Source: Lepidodermella squamata (lineage: Eukaryota; Animalia; Gastrotricha). Taken from it: 64,000 bases of DNA. The stretch covers positions 1,922,001 through 1,986,000 of the forward strand of contig JBLDXI010000024.1 in assembly GCA_047495785.1 (NCBI GenBank), written 5' to 3'. Position 1 is the stretch's first letter; each line of letters starts with the position of its first letter. Shown piece by piece: positions 24,401 through 35,575 of the stretch. Below the pieces are notes generated by a model that saw only the letters and a program-made list of their open reading frames with translations, had not been told where the DNA came from and searched no databases. A program made the translations under genes and the position numbers.

Positions 24401-27400
24401 GACTTGGCTAACCTAACTACCTAGCCAATCTGGTACCTATATATAAGCTTTTTCAAAGGCCGATATCGGAAAAATCGATACTTGGAATCGACATCGGCTG
24501 AAGCCTTAAATTCAATATAACGGCTATTATACGTGTCACAGACAGAGGATCACAGCTTCGTCACGTGCACGTTTAGTCACGTGCTTCGTCACGTCACGTA
24601 TGCACGTTTAGCGGTGCACTCTTAAATCTGAAACTACAATTTGCTGTATAAAAAAAGCGTAAGCGTAAATAGAAAAGTCCACTTTTTTGTAACGAGAAAT
24701 GGTCACGTTACACTTTACCGGTTTTTGCTTCGATTTATGGCTTTTTTTCCACTGCCAAAAAACGTTAAAATTGCCGCATCATTCGTTACGGTTTATTTGT
24801 AACTACATTTTTTTTCCTTCGCACTAGCCGCACTTCTTGCTAAGCGTGGTCGAAATTTCTATCGAAATCATACAAGTCAGCGAAATGAATGAAATTATGT
24901 GACTTTGACTTGATGATGTTTGATGTTCAAGGGGATGTTTGGGGTATGTTTTTGAGCAAGATTATATGAGCAATGTCGATAACTTTCAAGAGCATCATTC
25001 ATAGGATCACCGGTGTATACATCAGCACACATGAAAGCTATGTAGAAAAACAAGTCAAATCATCATCATCAATATTGTCATAAGATCACATCAGCACAGT
25101 GAAAGCTTGATTAGTTTTCGCGAGTACAGATCCTTTCGAGCTGTGGCGATGAATGCTGGACAAAGCACTTCTTTGAACAGAACAACAGCTCGAACGCTGG
25201 CTCCAACCAGCTTGGCCGGCCTCGAAGCGTTTGAAGCACAGGCGGCACCTATTGCGGTCGACGAGGATTGGCGTCAAAGGCGATTCGTTTTCGAGCAGCT
25301 CTTTGCTATCTATAATCGGAAAAAATTATGAGAAAAATGTTTCATTTTTTTATTATCCTTATTATGCGACAACTTCCGAACGAGAAGAACTGCTCGCTTC
25401 GTTCCCCGCGCTTTGACGCAGTTTGCGCATGCGTTTGACCCTCATGTTCGTCGAAATCGACGTCATTAACCGACGTAAAACATGTCAGCAAGAAGCCATG
25501 AAAACGGTTAGGAAAGTGCTTAGGAAAGTTACTCTGTTATGGAAAAATTTACGTTATTTCGAGCTGTTACGCCCTGTAACGGCAAAAATTGTCGTGCTAA
25601 ATTGAATAGTGTGGTAGTAGATAACCGCTGGGTATGTCGATGTGGGGCGGTGATATTTTATTTATAATAGCAGGGGCAATGTGTAGAAAGTGGGTTTAGG
25701 GTATTGGGGTTCAAGATGTTGTCAGACGGATGCTTAAAATGGACTGTAACAGACAGAGGAAAAAGTTTTGAGTATTTTCCAATGATTTTTATTCCGAATT
25801 TCCTTAATCAGAAATCAGTCAGGGCTCATCAAACTGATAAACAAAACATAAATTGAATACGTAGGATCGATTATACAGCGAAATATGGAGGGCCCCAAGC
25901 ATGTATAGAGCACAGTCAAGAGAAAACGCTGTCACAGACAGAGAACGCGATTTGCCACAGACAGAGGTTCCAAATTAAATTTTTTGAAGTAGGTTTCAAC
26001 TTGAACAATACAATCTAAAGGAGTAGAAACGGTTGAAATAGTCAACAATAAAGTAGTTGAATACGGTGAAACTTCATATCTGGAATATTACATTCAGAGC
26101 AAATGAAGTTTTTACCACCCTTGCGGGAGCATAAAGCAATGCCAAACAGAGCACCGAACACACTGGCCCCACTCTTGTCCTGCCTTCGATTTCTTCTTCC
26201 ATTCGGTCCACGAGGTGTCGCATGCGTAACACCTACTTTGCAGGTAATTTAGTGGCTCGTCATCACAGGATAACGCATCTTCTTCATCGGAAGAAATCGG
26301 ATACTGAGCACCAGTTATTGCGGCTCGCTTCGAAGATCCAGCTCTTGAGATTGGCGCCGGCCGTTTGAAAGCGCTTTTCGGTCGTTCAATGACGGTACTT
26401 GACAAGGCGTTCGAGAAGCTAAAACTCAGTTCATCATTGTCGATTGATGACATCGACGCATACTGCCTTCGCCTCGTCGATGAGAAATTCAAGCCTTTTC
26501 GAATTGTTAGAATTTATATTCTATTAAATTGATATTTTAATTTTTTCAATTTGATGAACGCAAAATTTCTCATTTTTTTCCTCAATTTTAAATTATTTAA
26601 TTTTCGGAATGGCTGCTCGTACATATATATGTACGAGATTTTTGCTGCTAGCGATTTTTGCTAGTCGTACATATATTTCAAAAATATTTCTGCTGAACTT
26701 AGAAATTAAATGGATTAATCAATTTTGATCGCAAATGTTCCAAATTTTAACCATATGTGCATCGAGGCGTGACCAACCTCCCCTCAAAGTTTGGCATGCA
26801 TAGGGTGAATACCCATTATTAGCCAATCTGAAACCCGAAATTACCCGAAGTCGGTAATGTCCGGAACCATAACCGATGGGCGGGTAAAAGTTTGCAGGTG
26901 TGTGGAACCCTGTTAGAGGCATTTGCCCTCAAAAAATGAACTCGCCAGGATTGAAATTGAGTAATTGGCTGAAATTCCAAGTTTTCATTCGAATATATGT
27001 ACGAGCAGCCAAAATCTCGTACATATCATATGTACGAGCAGCAAAAATCTCGTACATATATATGTACGACCAGAGTCACTCTTTAATTTTTTTCGGAATG
27101 TTTCCTTTATTTCGATTTTTATAATAATTTGATTTTTATGAATTTTTAGCACTTCAACCTCAGCTATCACTGCCGTTTGCTGTGATGCCACTCGAGCTGG
27201 ACTGCTTCCTCAAGCATACAGACCCGGAGAGCAAAAAGAGCGCGTGCTGGCGAATCGCAGAATGTGTCACCCTGCCCAGTTCCTTCAAATCAATCCACTC
27301 GTGGCCTATCGATAGCTTGGAAGAAAACGCGTCTAGTTTCACCCTGACCCTACGCCAGAATAAGCGCTGCATCGGCTCGGTTCATCTTAAGGATGGCGAG

Positions 27401-27742
27401 CCGGGTGATGTCCAGATTCATTTAGACATTGATGAAAATGGAATTTTCACCGATATTCGCGTTGAAATTAGCAATCAACCCGGTTCGACGGTTTTCATCG
27501 ATAAAGACTACGATGGCTTGACCAAAAATCAATGCAATCGCGTTGCTGGTCGTCTAAATCGGTTTGCTATTTTTCACTGAACTATAAAATTCTGAATTTT
27601 TTGGAATTTTGCCAGATTGAGTTCGCCGAAACGTGTTGAGGTAAAGGCTGAGACTGGAGCGTTTAAGCTCAAGAAGCTGATTGCGGCCCTGGCCGACGAT
27701 TCGACGTTTAAAGTGAACCCAACTTCCCCACTCGGAGGTTAA
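18496..27742 (+). CDS. RING-like finger - coiled-coil - degenerate Hsp70 fusion protein (Hsp70 cluster gene 4)
   Basis: Phase-compatible exons: 18496-18582, 20657-21040 (CLAC..LPCC..CGAC..CLMC), 22683-22768, 22825-22972, 23072-23163, 23212-24290 (IVLGIDIGTAKS, VVPANF, GGEDID, LSGGSMQIP, AVAHGA), 27150-27561, 27616-27742; a heptad pattern continues across the 21040/22683 junction. Confidence 0.78.
18700..20500. other. ~2 kb insertion in intron 1 of gene 4 with decayed spliced ORFs; probable transposon relic
   Basis: Short tandem motifs TATTCCACG and TCACGCGT at 18720-18935; minus-strand exon-like pieces 18937-19246 and 19325-19597 separated by a GT-AG intron but containing stops. Confidence 0.4.
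21255..21473 (-). mobile_element. Tc1/mariner-like terminal fragment (dispersed repeat, copy 2)
   Basis: Reverse complement of 10181-10420; ends CTTCTGGGACACGCTG-TA. Confidence 0.6.
21696..22643. mobile_element. Non-autonomous piggyBac-type element
   Basis: Perfect 17-bp TIR CCCTCCAGCGCCCACGG; TTAA target duplication at 21692-21695 and 22644-22647. Confidence 0.9.
24530..26500 (-). mobile_element. Decayed DNA transposon (pogo/DDE-like) with a PHD-finger remnant in a gene 4 intron
   Basis: ORF 26112..26492 contains CYAC...WGQCVRCSVWH (PHD-like, as found at pogo-type transposase C-termini); ACAGACAGAG motif repeated at ~24537, 25749, 25934 and 25957. Confidence 0.5.
26605..27081. mobile_element. 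MULE-type MITE
   Basis: Inverted arms containing TCGTACATATATATGTACGA hairpins; flanking 9-bp direct repeat TTTAATTTT at 26596-26604 and 27082-27090. Confidence 0.7.
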
Positions 27743-28074
27743 AAACTGCCGGTTCTCGTTGTAATAAATTGACAATCTGATGAATAACTATTTCTTCCTC
27801 TTTTACTATAACAAACTCATGTCTCCAAACTGCTATAAATATCAAAGCTCAAATTACGCCATTTTTCTCTGATTATTTTGTGCGTATGTATGACAGTTTT
27901 TCGAGACGAATAAAAGTTTCTTTTTATTGATAATCGTAATTCGAAAATTGAGCGACACTAGGTTTACAGGGAGGTAGGATTTCGAAAATGATATAAAACT
28001 GCTTCTGACGAGGTGAAAATAATATCAAAATTTATCAAGTTGCGTTGAAGAAAAATCTTCCTTAAAAAGGGATT

Positions 28075-29040
28075 TTACACCGTGACGTTGTCGTCGTGCA
28101 TTGACGGCATACTCGCGCCCGGTAGTTGATGACTGAGATGATGCTGGTGGTGCGGGTGGTGGTAACAGTTGCCGATCTGTTGCTGCAGCTGCCGCTTGTA
28201 AACCGTCGACGGGGTGTTCTCGACATCGACCCCAACTTCACGCGCTTCGTCGTCGAAAATCGGTTGTATATTGTTGCCATCAGTTATTATCGGTGGCGGA
28301 TTTTTCTCATCATCAGGTTTCGTTGTTTTTCCATCGTTTTTGCCCTTGTAATAGAACAGCGCTACGTCACTTTCGCGGAAATATCGCCGAAGGGTCAGTA
28401 AAATATCAATCAGGGTGATTACAAAATCTGACCCAATTAGCGCCAATAAAATTCGCAATTCGAACCAACTTTTCGGCCATAATGCCGCAATCAGAGAGCC
28501 GCAGGTCATTAAAAGCAGCCCTGCTGCAGTAGTCAGGAAAAAATCGAGCAGCATATTTGAGGGTAGAAATTGCGTCAAATTGCGCAAAAACACGAAAAAA
28601 GCCGTCGCGAGTTGGAACGAAGCGATAAAAATCGTAAACCAGTCGCCAACATCAACAACCGAAATAACGATAATCGCAATTGCCAGGCCGCATTCGATAA
28701 GCTTGAGCAGGCCGTAGGGTGACTTGAACAGGTATCTAGTGCCTTGAAACGGATCTGCATCATTCACTGTCGCCTTGCATTCTTCCAAAATTGCTTTCCC
28801 AACTTGGTTGTAGTAGTAAATCGGCCCGGCGCATTTCCCGCCATTTTCGGCGCTCCCGTTATTTTCCGAGGTAATTTTCTCCGCAGGTGCTGTAACGTAG
28901 ACATCTCTAAGCTGGCTGACACGGTTGACTGATTGCGGAGTCGCCTCGAGATAGGTGTCTTGCGCGTTGTATATCGAACTCCGAAAATTGGTGACTTGGT
29001 TTGATTTTGAGATGGAATATGCCTCGGTAACTTCGATCAT
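28075..29040 (-). CDS. MARVEL-domain (CMTM/MAL-like) four-TM membrane protein, single exon
   Basis: YLFKSPYGLLKLIECGLAIAIIV is a typical MARVEL start; four hydrophobic segments; 321-aa intact ORF. Confidence 0.75.
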   Translation of the reverse strand: MIEVTEAYSISKSNQVTNFRSSIYNAQDTYLEATPQSVNRVSQLRDVYVTAPAEKITSENNGSAENGGKCAGPIYYYNQVGKAILEECKATVNDADPFQGTRYLFKSPYGLLKLIECGLAIAIIVISVVDVGDWFTIFIASFQLATAFFVFLRNLTQFLPSNMLLDFFLTTAAGLLLMTCGSLIAALWPKSWFELRILLALIGSDFVITLIDILLTLRRYFRESDVALFYYKGKNDGKTTKPDDEKNPPPIITDGNNIQPIFDDEAREVGVDVENTPSTVYKRQLQQQIGNCYHHPHHQHHLSHQLPGASMPSMHDDNVTV

Positions 29041-29668
29041 TTTGAAGCGCGAAAAATGTTGTTATTTATTACTTTAGCGATGTTGTAGAGTTTGCGAGGA
29101 AAGGACATGCTCTGATAGCAGACTTAATTTCAGAAAACAATAACACGAGCATGTTTCAATCTAGTATCGTCTGCATGAATGAAATTTACCGTCATCATCA
29201 GCAGAAATTGAATAAAACTAATTCGTGCGGGTATCGTATATTGATAATATGAGATGCGCGCACAGAACGTGTTTTGCGCTCGTGTGTGAGAAAAACACAG
29301 CGCGCGCGCAATATTGAAAATGAAAATAGCGCAGTGTTTTCTGTGCCCTACTTCCTCATCGTCATGTTGTTTAAACTTTTATCTAACACCTGGAGCCGTG
29401 CCATCCTTGCCGGCTAACGAAATGCGCTCTGCAATAAACTTATATATGATTTTCATTTAAAGCCACTAGCATGAAACTGGTTCAACACAAAAAATGTTTA
29501 TCAATCGAATTTTTTTATTCACTGAAGCAAAACACGCTGTACGATTTTTCCATTCCTGATCAAGTTAAGCTATAATAGGAAATAAAATGAAAAAAACTAA
29601 TCGATGAAGATGATGAAGATGAACTAGGGCAGTCTTTTTGCAAGGCGTAAACTATGGTTACATTTGTT

Positions 29669-31661
29669 TCAGTCACTGTGCTTGAATAAAGCCGTCAGAG
29701 CGCCTTCGAAAATCGCTATGGCCAGCATCATGCCGAAGCCCAACAGTAAGCCGATGTTTTGACAGATGAAAAATGTCCAAAACTTGCCGCGAACTCGAGT
29801 TAGCTCAGGCATCTGAATACAAAAATGCCAGCATATTTTCGGGGAAAATCATTAAATTCCTAACCATTTCGGTCAAAGCGACATAGATGAACATTCCAGC
29901 AGTGAGTGCAAAAACCCATTGCCGAGCAGAATCGTCGCCACCGATGCCGATACCAATGTACAGACCGCCTTAAAATCGCGATTCAAATTTCTATAACCAA
30001 GAGATCTTAAATTTTTACCCAGTGAAAGGAAAGAATGGATGATGTTCCAGATGATAGCACCACGCCAAGTAACACCAGCAGTTAGCAAAGCTGCGAAATC
30101 GCCGACTTCATGCGGAACCTCGTGACAAACGATGGCGATCGAAGTCGAGAGGCCTGACAGCAGATCGCCCGAAAAGGCAGCTCCAATCGCGATGCCATCA
30201 ATCACGTTGTGAATCGCATCGCCAACAATAACCATCCATCCGAGGGTCTTCTTCGGGATCATCTCGGCTAGAATACGAGATGCAAGACTCTCATCAGCCG
30301 AAGGAGCAGCTGGCGGGGCTGCAGTGACAACTGGACAGCTGTGGGACAAGTCTACCGGTGCTCGATTCTGAATCACAACGCTGTCAATGTCTAGAGTTGC
30401 AGTTGAAGCACGAATGGCGTGTTGCTGCAGAGGGCACTGACTTGGGTTGATATCGCTGACTTGAGGACTACCCATCTCGGGCTGCTTTTCGGTTGACTCA
30501 GGATGCGAGTCTTCGAACGACTGATTCAGCTCACCACCCGAGACTACAACTTCTGCCGGTTGATTCCTGACGCTGTTCCTTCGGTGTTTATCCGGGAAAT
30601 CTGGCATGTGAGAATGGCCGTGCCCATGTCCATGTACCTATTACCAATTTCGATTATCATCCTTAAGTAAAGTTAACAACTCACATCGTCTTCTAGTTTA
30701 GCATGATGACGTCCACTGACCAGCATTTCAAATACGTAGAATAAATATATCGCTGCAATCATGACGAGTTGCTTCAGGACATAGTCGTCCACTGTGACTG
30801 TATCGTGATCGTGTCCGTCCTCGCCGTGATCGTGTAAGCCGATCGCTTGGGGCAGCAGGTGGAGCAGCGCGTCACCGATCATTGTTGCAGCTGATAAAGC
30901 GCTAGACGTGGGAACGAGGACTCACATTCAACGGCAGTATACCTCAAGTTGATGAAGCTTTGAAACATACATAAGAGCGCTCATGATGTAGCGGTAACTT
31001 TGGCGCTTCGTTGACGGAATCAGCAGGATGAACACAAATGGCACAACGCTGATGATTGCTACAGATGCAGTGCCGTATCCATAACCTGGAAAACAACGAT
31101 TTACAAATGGTCTAGGCAAAGTTGGAGAAAACCCACGTTCCAAGTCGGTGGGTTTATCGTCTGTCCCGTTATTGCTTTCATGCGCCTGACATGCCTTCGA
31201 AAGCTGTTGCTGGACCAGTGCGGATAGCATTGTCGTGAAGTTGAAATAAGTCAACGAAGGCTCGTCCTCAAACCCAAAAATGTGCAGCAAGTCATGGGAA
31301 GAGTAGCAAATGCTATCAACTGATCCACTGAGAACTGACATCAAGTTTTCGTGGTCATGATCATGATCATGGTCGTGATGAGAGCCATTTTGAATCTGAC
31401 CGATCTTCAAATCTGCCATAACACTTTCAAACGCTATAAAGACAGAAACACCAAAATTAATCAAAATTAAGCGTTGTAGAGCAACTTACCTTCGATCGAA
31501 ATCAAACCAGTGGTCTTGTTCATTTTTAACATAGCTTGCAAACTGACGTCGAAATCTTGCGGCGTAGCATGATCGTGATCGTGACTGGGGTAATGTCCAT
31601 CTTCGGACGAAGCTTCAGACACGCATAATGCTATCGAAATGAGAAAGCCCGTGAGCAGCAT
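29669..31661 (-). CDS. ZIP (SLC39, LIV-1 subfamily, ZIP4/ZIP12-like) zinc transporter A
   Basis: Signal peptide, His-rich ectodomain, MLSALVQQQ (PAL-like), IGDALLHLLPQA, GDAIHNVIDG, CHEVPHEVGD (HEXPHEXGD motif). Confidence 0.93.
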
Positions 31662-32294
31662 TTTCGCCGTTATGAATAATTATGATAAAATTAAGATAGC
31701 ACTAAAATGAAATAGTGGAAATGTGTTAGGTGACCTCAGCTTTTTATACATAAGAAATGACCTTCGGCCGCAGCAATTGTCCGCCCTCTTATCTTTATTG
31801 GGGCGGTTTTTTGCATCTTAATAGTTTCAATACATTCAGCGATGAGGTAAAAGCAATAACACTACGCAGTAGTTTTGTTCTCTATGGCGCCATTTGTTTG
31901 CAGAAGGGTTCCACGCGATGTCCACGTGAAGGGGTTAATCAGTCCGTACTGCGGACAAAGGGTGACCGCTATCGTGCGCTACAGCACTGCCGTGGTTGGG
32001 TTCTCTTTTGGGCTCCATTTTTTGATAAAAACTGCACAGAAAGATTAATTCGCCCTGAATCCAAACAGCGCCGTTCCGTTCGTCTATATTTGCCTAGTGA
32101 CTAATGAACGCGAATCCATTGATGAACACCACGCTGTGAAACAAAATGATGGGATCATCAACCATTTGTTGCCCCCAATGTTCTGTGGTGGATTAAGCAT
32201 ATACTCATGAGTGAAACCGATTAATCGCTTTTATTATACAAAAAATTAATTCTCGATAGAAAATTAACATATTCGATACAACGTGGATATAGTT

Positions 32295-35038
32295 CTAGCT
32301 TGATTTGAAAAGGGAGACCAACGCGTCCTCGAATATAGCAATGAGCAGCATCATGCCGAATCCGAGCAATAGTCCGATGTTTTGGCAGATGAAATAGGTC
32401 CAAAACTTGCCGCGAACTCGAGTTAGCTCAGGCATCTAAATACAAAATTTCAATAATTTTCCGGGGACAATAATTCAATTGCAAACCATTTCTGTCAAGG
32501 CGACGTAGATGAACATTCCAGCAGTGAGTGCAAAAACCCATTGCCGAGCAGAATCGTCGCCACCGATGCCAATGCCAATGTATAGACCACCTTAATATCA
32601 GGGTTGAAATTCCTCAAAATAAGTTAGAAGATGATGAAAATGTCTACCTAGTGAGAGGAAAGAATGGATGATGTTCCAGATGATTGCACCTCGCCACGTC
32701 ACACCAGCAGTTAGCAAAGCCGCGAAATCGCCGACCTCATGCGGAACCTCGTGGCAAACGATGGCAATCGAAGTCGAAAGACCTGACAACAGATCGCCAG
32801 AGAATGCAGCTCCAATCGCGATGCCATCAATCACGTTGTGAATCGCATCGCCAACGATAACCATCCAGCCTAAAGTTTTCTGTGGCGTCATCTCAGTAAC
32901 GATCCTGGAGAAGAGATTCCCACTGGCGCGTTTCGGCGCATGAGCAGCCTCGATTCTATGACTGCTGTTATGGCTGTGATGAGACAGGTCGACAGGAGCT
33001 CGTTTTTGGATTACTACGTTATCGATATCCAACGTAGCGGTCGAAGCTCGAATTTCGTTCTTCTCCAACGGGCAGTCCCTATCGGTGTCAGAAGTTCGAA
33101 GTTCGCCGACTTTGTCTTGAGCTTCTAATTTAGCTGTGCTAGTTAGCGATTCGCTTCTTGATGGTATCAGGTTTTGTGTTGAAGATGTGATAACATTGTC
33201 CGCAGTTCCGTAATTTCGGCCCATTCCGTCTTCGGTCAAAGTTGCTCGTCTGCTCGAAGCTTGGACCGGAAAATCTGGCATGTGCGAGTGACCGTGACCG
33301 TGACCATGGCCCTAATAAGTTTTCTTCAATTTCAATATTCAGGCGAAATCAAAGCGCACTTACCTCGTTTTCATCCATTTGAGCGTGATGCCGACCGCTG
33401 ACGAGCATTTCGAAGAGGTAGAAAGCGTAAATTGCGCCGATCATGACTAGCTGCTTGAGCACGTAATCCTCGACGGTAACCGATTCGCCGGCGTGATCAT
33501 GTCCGTCATCGCCGCCTTCGTGGCTGTGAATGCCAATGGCTTGGGGCAGCAAATGCAGCAACGCATCGCCAATCATTGTCGATGTTGACAAAGCACTTTA
33601 AAGTGAACGACACAAAATTCAATTTCTTTCAATTTTCCAAATTATTGTTGTTAAGCGCAGATCAAATTTCACTCCAAATTTCACGTTTAATTTATAAATT
33701 ATTTTTTTGCGCTGTATTTATGCCGTGATTTGATTGTGGAGATGGTAACCTTTGAAACTTGGGTTGTTAAGGGTTCAGGCTTTATTGAATTTTTGGGGTT
33801 CATTGAACGCTTGGAAGTATTTGATATTCTGCATAAAATGCTCCGTCTCATCAGCTTTTGTTTTTCACTTGATTGGATCAACAATTAATTTTAATAAGAA
33901 GTTGGAAGCAGTGAATATCGAGTGAAAAATCGGGTATTTCGGACGATATAAATATGCCAAAGGGCGAATCTTGAGAATTGAGGTCGTTGCATATGCAAAT
34001 GAGCTTCCAAAATTAATTTTGTACAAGGTTAGCCAAACACGCTTTAAATTGCTAAAATTCGGTTAAAATTGAAAAATTCTCAAAATTTGCCGGAAAATCA
34101 AGGTTCACCTTGCCTATATTTAGCAACATTTTAGAAATTTTTAAGGCTGATTTTCAAATTTCAAAAAAATGCATTTATTACGGCGGATTTGGAACATTTT
34201 TTAGTAATATTTAATAAATTAATTTCAATTAAAATGTTTCAATTTGTCTTTCTACCATTTCAAAAGTTATTTTCAGAGTAAAAGTGGACCTACATTAAAG
34301 CACTCATAATGTATCTGTAGCTTTGCCGCTTTGTCGATGGGATGAGCAAAATGAACAAAAATGGCAAGATGCTGATAGCCACGACTGCAGCTGTCCCATA
34401 TCCGTAGCCTAAAATTATGAAATAATGTAAGAGTTAGGCAATTTCTCACGATCATCGTAATTTCTTACGTTCGGTAGCACTTGGACTACTTTGGCTATCA
34501 TTCCGAGCACCAGAGCCCTCGCAGACCTTGGACATTTGCTGCTGAACAAGAGCTGGCAACATCGCGGTAATATTTTCGTAGGTAAGCCCGATCGATTCGG
34601 AATTGGTTCCATTTTCAGGATCGGTTTCCAAGCCAAATATGTGCAACAACTGATCAGAGGTAAAACAAGTTTCTTCGACTGAACCATGGACATCATGACT
34701 GCCAGATTCGTGATCCGCGTGGTCATGGTCGTGATCAGATTCGTTTTGTAGTTTGCCGATTTTCATCGAAGAGAGAAGACCCTCAAAGGCTAAAATAATT
34801 GCATTAATTAAAGCGTGTTCGCAAATCAAAAAATACCTTCGTTAGATATAAGTCCTGTTGTTTCGTTCATTTTTAGCAAATTTTGCAGACTTTTGTCGAA
34901 ATCTTGCGGTGTGATGTGATCATCGTGTTCATGTTCATGGCCTGACGTCTCGGCAGCTGTTTTATAGGCACTTTGTAGGTATAAAAAGAGCAGACCAACA
35001 AAAACAACTGGCTGAAATTTGCTCGAAAAACTGTGCAT
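32295..35038 (-). CDS. ZIP (SLC39, LIV-1 subfamily) zinc transporter B
   Basis: Same motifs including MLPALVQQQ and CHEVPHEVGD; exon structure matches A, with one enlarged intron (~33597-34290). Confidence 0.93.
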
Positions 35039-35575
35039 TTGTCGTATAAAATTGAAAAGTGATAGAATAAAAATGTATAAAAAACAATGAAACCTAGAAA
35101 TATATTTGAAAAATCAGTCAAAAAAGTAGTAATAATAATAGCAGCGAGATTTGCGACCCATTGGACGCTCGTAAACATGAGAAATCCGTATGTCCCCGGT
35201 CAATTTATCGCAAGATCCTTATCTCTGCCATTTTAGGAGATAAACTGGTAAGCGCAACATCAAGTTTGAGGGCTGATAGTAGTATATTCATGAACAGCCA
35301 AGAATTGGGAGTTGGGAGATCATTTTGTAACTAAATTTCTACTGAAACTGACACGCGTCCGAAGCCTAATAATCGCGTGACTCTATTTTTCGTAATTTCA
35401 AATGACACACAAATTAACGAAGTGAAAATTTCATGACCTTCTTTTTCACATCGTCCTTTTAAACAAAAAATTTAAAATTTCATTTTTATTCGCACAACAT
35501 ATAATAAGGATGTGAAAAATATCCAATTAATCATCAATTAAAAATGATGTTAATATATGGCTGTCATTTTTCGGT

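Noticed and set aside
24545-24612. CACGT cluster as a regulatory E-box array or CRISPR-like repeat
   Set aside because: Irregular short repeats at the end of a transposon relic with no unique spacers, in eukaryotic context
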